Below, in pieces: positions 59,798 through 64,000 of a stretch of DNA of 64,000 nt. Both the position numbers and the translations under genes were made by a program. Under the pieces are notes generated by a model, which did no database searches, was not told the DNA's origin, and saw only the letters and a program-made list of their open reading frames with translations. Numbering within the stretch: position 1 is the first letter of the stretch; each line of letters starts with the position of its first letter. Origin of the DNA: Alphaproteobacteria bacterium (GTDB lineage Bacteria > Pseudomonadota > Alphaproteobacteria > UBA828); assembly GCA_963667785.2 (NCBI GenBank), contig CAXXMU010000001.1, positions 320,001-384,000 on the forward strand. Reading direction: 5' to 3'.

Positions 59798-61201
59798 ATG
59801 ATGCACGTGCCCGCGACCCGGGATGCGCCCGCCTTCGAGGCGCTCTATGCCCAGGTGCGCGAGAGTCTCGACCCCGGCGCCGCCGATATCCCGGTCGACC
59901 GGCTCATGCAGGTCTTCCGCCGCCTCTCCGACCTCCACGACAGCGATGTGAACAGCCCGCTCAACATGGGCTACTACTGTATCGACGCGGATGCGGCGTC
60001 CATCGCCGCCATGGACGAGACCAACCGCCGCGGTGCGAACGTCGCGGTCAGGGGCCAGCACCCGGCGTCCGCCGCCTTCGAGCAGTACGCCGTCGACCTG
60101 ATCCTCGACACCTTCGGCATCGATAAAGCGAGCGGGGCCGGCCACTTCACCTCCTGCGGCACCGAGGCGAATCTGACCGCCATGATCGTCGCGCTGACCG
60201 ACAGGCTCTCGCACCGCAACCCGCGCTGCCGCGCCTACGATGCCGCGCTCTGCACCGACGAGACGGGCCGCGAGGAGGCTTACGAGTACTGGCGCCACGG
60301 CGCCATGCCGCTCGGCGTACGGCCCGCTCTCTATGTCTCGCCCCAGACGCACGTCTCGATCACGAAGAACGCCCGCAGCCTGATCGGCACGGCCTCGGTG
60401 CGTACCGTGCCGGTGGACCGGGACTTGCGCATGGACACGGGCGCGCTCGCCGACGCGATGGCGGCGGACGCGGCTTCGGGCGCCTTCCTGCCCTTCCTCG
60501 TCATCGGCTCGGTGGGCGCCACGCCGTCCGGGATCGTCGATCCGCTCGCCGAGATCGGCGAGGTCTGCCACCGGCACGGTGCCTGGTTCCACGTCGATGC
60601 GCCCTGGGGCGGGATCGCGGCCTTCTCGCCCGGCCTGCGCGATGCCTGCCTCGCCGGCCTCGACGCGGCGGATTCGCTCATATTCGACCCTCACAAGACG
60701 CTGGTGCCGCTCGGAGCGGGGGGCTGCGGCATGTTTCTCTGCCGCCATCGCGAGGCGGTGGAGCGCGCCTTCAACGTCGCGGGCCGGCCGGTTGCGCGCC
60801 AGGAATTCGCCTATCTCTCGCTCCAGGGCTCCCGCGCCAACGCAGGGCTCAGGGTGCTCACGGCGGTCCTCCGGCCGGCGGCGCTGGCGCGGAGGATCGA
60901 ACGGGAAGCGGCGCTCGGCGATACGTTGCGCCGTTTGCTGACGGAGGCGGGGTGGGAGATCGTGAACCGGTCGCCGCTGCCGGTCGTCTGCGCCGTTCAC
61001 CCGTCGATGCGCGCGGGCGCGTTCGATGCGGCCGACGCCGTCGGGCACCTGAGAGGGGAGGGCGTCCTCGCCTGGCCGGAAGCGCTCAGGCCCGGCGAGC
61101 CCGAGGCCGTCCGCCTCGGGATCATCAGCCGCAGGACGACGGAGGAATCGATCCGCTTCGTCGTCGACCGCCTGTCGGACTTCGCCGCCGAGCGCAGCTA
61201 G
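59798..61201 (+). CDS. Group II PLP-dependent decarboxylase (DDC/GAD family)
   Basis: G.FTS.GTEANL.A, HVSI.K, G.T..G.VDPL..I, WFHVDA.WGG, ADS..FDPHK. Confidence 0.88.
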   Translation: MMHVPATRDAPAFEALYAQVRESLDPGAADIPVDRLMQVFRRLSDLHDSDVNSPLNMGYYCIDADAASIAAMDETNRRGANVAVRGQHPASAAFEQYAVDLILDTFGIDKASGAGHFTSCGTEANLTAMIVALTDRLSHRNPRCRAYDAALCTDETGREEAYEYWRHGAMPLGVRPALYVSPQTHVSITKNARSLIGTASVRTVPVDRDLRMDTGALADAMAADAASGAFLPFLVIGSVGATPSGIVDPLAEIGEVCHRHGAWFHVDAPWGGIAAFSPGLRDACLAGLDAADSLIFDPHKTLVPLGAGGCGMFLCRHREAVERAFNVAGRPVARQEFAYLSLQGSRANAGLRVLTAVLRPAALARRIEREAALGDTLRRLLTEAGWEIVNRSPLPVVCAVHPSMRAGAFDAADAVGHLRGEGVLAWPEALRPGEPEAVRLGIISRRTTEESIRFVVDRLSDFAAERS

Positions 61202-61243
61202 ACCGCGTCCGTCGCCTAAGCCGCGAGCCGGGCGAGAAGTCCC

Positions 61244-62560
61244 CTAGTCCTCGGGGCGCAGGTCGAAGACGCGCCTGGCCTTGCCGACGGAGCGTTCGAT
61301 CGTGCCGGGCTCCGAGACCGTGACGGCGCTGCTGATGCCGATCCGCGACTTAATCTGGTCGGCCAGCGCGTGCCCGGCTGCCGCACGCGTGGCCTCGTCG
61401 CCCGCGTCGGTCTTGGCCTCGACCACGACTGTCAGCTCGTCAAGACGGCGCGGCCGCCGCACCTCGAGGTAGTAGTGCGGCGAGAGGCGCTCGTCCTCGA
61501 GCAGGATCTCCTCCACCTGGGAGGGGAAGAGGTTGACCCCGCGGATGATCAGCATGTCGTCGCTGCGGCCTCTGATCCGCTGCATCCGCCGCATGGTGCG
61601 CGCCGTGCCCGGCAGCAGCCGGGTGAGATCGCGCGTGCGGTAGCGGATGATGGGGCACGCCTCCTTCGTGAGGGAGGTGAGGACCAGCTCCCCCATCTCG
61701 CCGTCCGGCAGGATGGCGCCGGTCTCGGGATCGACGATCTCGGGGTAGAAGTGGTCCTCCCAGATGTGGGGGCCGTCCCTGGTCTCCATGCACTCGACCG
61801 AGACGCCCGGACCGATGGCCTCGGAGCAGCCGTAGAGGTCGACCGCCATCATGGCGAAGCGGGTCTCGATCTCGTGGCGCATCGCCTCGGTCCACGGCTC
61901 GGCGCCGTGCAAGCCGATCTGCAGCGAGGAGCGGCGCGGATCCAGGCCCTGGCGCTCGAACTCGTCGGCGATCGCCAGCATGTAGGAGGGCGTGACGGCG
62001 ATCACGTGGGGCTCGAAGTCGCAGATCAGGCGCACCTGGCGCTCGGTGTAGCCGCCGGACGCGGGTATCACGGTGCATCCGAGCCGTTCGGCGCCGCTGT
62101 GGAGGCCGAGACCGCCGGTGAAGAGGCCGTAGCCGTAGGCGACGTGCACCAGATCGCCCGAGCGTGCGCCGGCGGCGCGAAGGGAGCGGGCCATGAGGTG
62201 CGCCCACATGTCGAGGTCGTTCCGGGTGTAGCCGACGACGGTGGGCACGCCGGTGGTGCCGCTCGACGCGTGGATTCGGATCACCTGCGAGCGCGGCACC
62301 GCGAACATGCCGAAGGGGTAGTCGCGGCGGAGGTCGTCCTTCACGGTGAACGGGAAGCGCGCGAGGTCGTCGAGGGAGGCGAGGTCGGCCGGGTCGACGC
62401 CGGCCTCGTCGAAGCTCGCCCGGTAGTGGGCGACGTTCCCGTAGGCGCGCTGCAGGGTGGAGCGGAGGCGCGCGAGCTGGAGCGCCGCTATCTCGTCGCG
62501 GCTCGCCGTCTCGATGGGTTCGAGCTCGTCCGGGTCAGGGGGGCGAGCGGGGTCGTTCAT
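61244..62560 (-). CDS. paaK: Phenylacetate-CoA ligase
   Basis: YPFGMFAVP, HASSGTTG.PTVVGYT, YGYGLFTGGLG, GAEPWT, WEDHFYPEI, GRSDDMLIIRGVN.FPSQ. Confidence 0.95.
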   Translation of the reverse strand: MNDPARPPDPDELEPIETASRDEIAALQLARLRSTLQRAYGNVAHYRASFDEAGVDPADLASLDDLARFPFTVKDDLRRDYPFGMFAVPRSQVIRIHASSGTTGVPTVVGYTRNDLDMWAHLMARSLRAAGARSGDLVHVAYGYGLFTGGLGLHSGAERLGCTVIPASGGYTERQVRLICDFEPHVIAVTPSYMLAIADEFERQGLDPRRSSLQIGLHGAEPWTEAMRHEIETRFAMMAVDLYGCSEAIGPGVSVECMETRDGPHIWEDHFYPEIVDPETGAILPDGEMGELVLTSLTKEACPIIRYRTRDLTRLLPGTARTMRRMQRIRGRSDDMLIIRGVNLFPSQVEEILLEDERLSPHYYLEVRRPRRLDELTVVVEAKTDAGDEATRAAAGHALADQIKSRIGISSAVTVSEPGTIERSVGKARRVFDLRPED

Positions 62561-62706
62561 GGCGACTCTCCTGCAGCGCCGCACAATAGCGCATCGCGCG
62601 GCGGTGCCGTCACCCTCGTTGACAGCGCTCTGCCAGGCGCGGATAGTCGGGCCTCGTCTGCACGCTCACCGGCACCGGCCGCCCGCACCCGTCGGTCGTT
62701 CAACCC

Positions 62707-63609
62707 ATGCCCCACGCGAACACCAGCAAAGACAGCGGCGACAAGGCCGCGGACCCCGCCGCCGTCATCGCCTTCCAGGGGAAGCACGGCGCCTACTCCG
62801 AGGCCGCCTGCGTGGCGCGCTACCCGGCGATGGCGACGCTCCCCTGCAATACCTTCGGCGATGCCTTCGCCGCGGTCGCCGAAGGCCGCGCGGCGCGCGC
62901 CATGATCCCGATCGAGAACTCGGCGGCGGGCCGCGTGGCCGACATCCACCAGCTCCTGCCCGAGGCCGACCTCCACATCGTCGCCGAGCACTTCGAGCGG
63001 GTCCGGCACAACCTCCTCGCCTGCCCGGGCGCCGACCCGGCGGCGCTCGAGACCGTCCGCTCGCACGTCCACGCGCTCTCCCAGTGCCGCAGGCTCATCC
63101 GCCGCAGGGGGCTGCTGCCGGTCGTACACGCCGATACCGCCGGTGCCGCCGCGGACGTGGCGGCGGCAGGCGATCCCACCCGGGCGGCCATCGCGTCCGC
63201 GCTGGCGGCCGAGACCTACGGGCTCGACATCGTAGAGGCGGATGTCGAGGACGAGGACGACAACACGACGCGCTTCGTGGTGCTGGAGCGGGAGCCGTTC
63301 AATCCCGACCCGGACGAGGGGCCGATCATCACCTCCTTCCTGTTCGAGTGCCGCAACGTGCCGGCGGCGCTCTACAAGTGCCTCGGCGGCTTCGCCACCA
63401 ACGGCGTGAACATGACCAAGCTCGAGAGCTACATGGTGGGCGGCTCCTTCTCGGCGACGGTCTTCTTGGCCGAGGTCGAGGGCCATCCGTCCGAGCTCGC
63501 CCTCGGCCGCGCGCTCAGCGAGCTCGACTACTTCTCGAGGGACGTCCGGATCATGGGCGTCTATCCGGCCCACCCCTACCGCCGGGAGGCGGCCTCCAAC
63601 AAGCGCTGA
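62707..63609 (+). CDS. pheA: Prephenate dehydratase
   Basis: IAFQG..GAYS, PIENS..GRV, SHVHAL.QC, DTAGAA, NTTRF, ACT domain NVPAALYK.LGGFATNGVNMTKLES. Confidence 0.95.
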   Translation: MPHANTSKDSGDKAADPAAVIAFQGKHGAYSEAACVARYPAMATLPCNTFGDAFAAVAEGRAARAMIPIENSAAGRVADIHQLLPEADLHIVAEHFERVRHNLLACPGADPAALETVRSHVHALSQCRRLIRRRGLLPVVHADTAGAAADVAAAGDPTRAAIASALAAETYGLDIVEADVEDEDDNTTRFVVLEREPFNPDPDEGPIITSFLFECRNVPAALYKCLGGFATNGVNMTKLESYMVGGSFSATVFLAEVEGHPSELALGRALSELDYFSRDVRIMGVYPAHPYRREAASNKR

Positions 63610-63630
63610 CCGGGGCGCCCGGCTCGCGCT

Positions 63631-64000
63631 CTATTCCCAGCGCGGGTCGCGGCCCTCGCGGTAGGCCGCCATGGCCTCGGCGAAGTCGGGCGCGGAGACG
63701 GCCCGGTCCTGCAGCACCAGGTACTTGCGGAAGAAGTCGTCCCAGCCGAGGTCGAAGCAGTCGAGCAGCATCTGCTTGGAGGCCCGGCACCCGGCCGAGT
63801 TGGTGCTGGCATACTCGGCGAGCAGCGCCTCGTACTGCTCGAACGCGGTCTCCTCGGCGACCAGGTGATCGACCATGCCGATGCGCTCGGCCTCGGTCCC
63901 GTCGATCATGTTGCCGCGGATGATCAGCGACTTCGCGCGGCCCAGCCCGATATAGCGCGCGAGCCGGAAGGTGCCGAGACCGGGGATCAGCCCCTCCTTG
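63631..64000 (-). CDS. Enoyl-CoA hydratase/isomerase family protein (3' part; 5' end outside window)
   Basis: Frame reads KEGLIPGLGTFRLARYIGLGRAKSLII.G..IDG.EA.RIG.VD...DF.EA..AY.E.R.P.W. Confidence 0.85.
   Translation of the reverse strand, partial: KEGLIPGLGTFRLARYIGLGRAKSLIIRGNMIDGTEAERIGMVDHLVAEETAFEQYEALLAEYASTNSAGCRASKQMLLDCFDLGWDDFFRKYLVLQDRAVSAPDFAEAMAAYREGRDPRWE

Overview
A very GC-rich (roughly 70% by eye) alphaproteobacterial chromosome segment, probably Rhodospirillales-like. The assignment rests on glnB-glnA, Ros/MucR, rpsM-rpsK-rpoA-rplQ without rpsD, and miaB-phoH-ybeY-corC-lnt. It holds about 70 CDS and one tRNA-Arg(TCT); no CRISPR array, integrase or transposase is visible. 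Most genes are housekeeping or acyl-CoA/amino-acid catabolism. Stand-out items: (1) a ~10 kb amide-utilisation operon with a 5-gene Urt/Fmd-type ABC importer, N,N-dimethylformamidase-like small and large subunits, a Rieske-oxygenase homologue whose Fe-S ligands are rewired to His+4Cys and whose catalytic iron site is lost, a coupled 101-aa unknown protein and a Sel1 protein; (2) two ungapped ~89%-identical copies of a 272-bp palindromic repeat with compensatory base changes, one of which supplies the C-terminus of Lnt; (3) two RIME/CIR-like elements ending on TAG stop codons; (4) a ~650-bp non-coding region with co-varying hairpin repeats and helically phased ATCCC/GTGCCG motifs; (5) a probable anti-Shine-Dalgarno sRNA; (6) an ispA-tlyA junction lacking dxs, with an apparent CTG start; (7) a second Urt-type ABC cluster with no ATPase genes. 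All calls come from reading the sequence and recalling family motifs; no searches were run.
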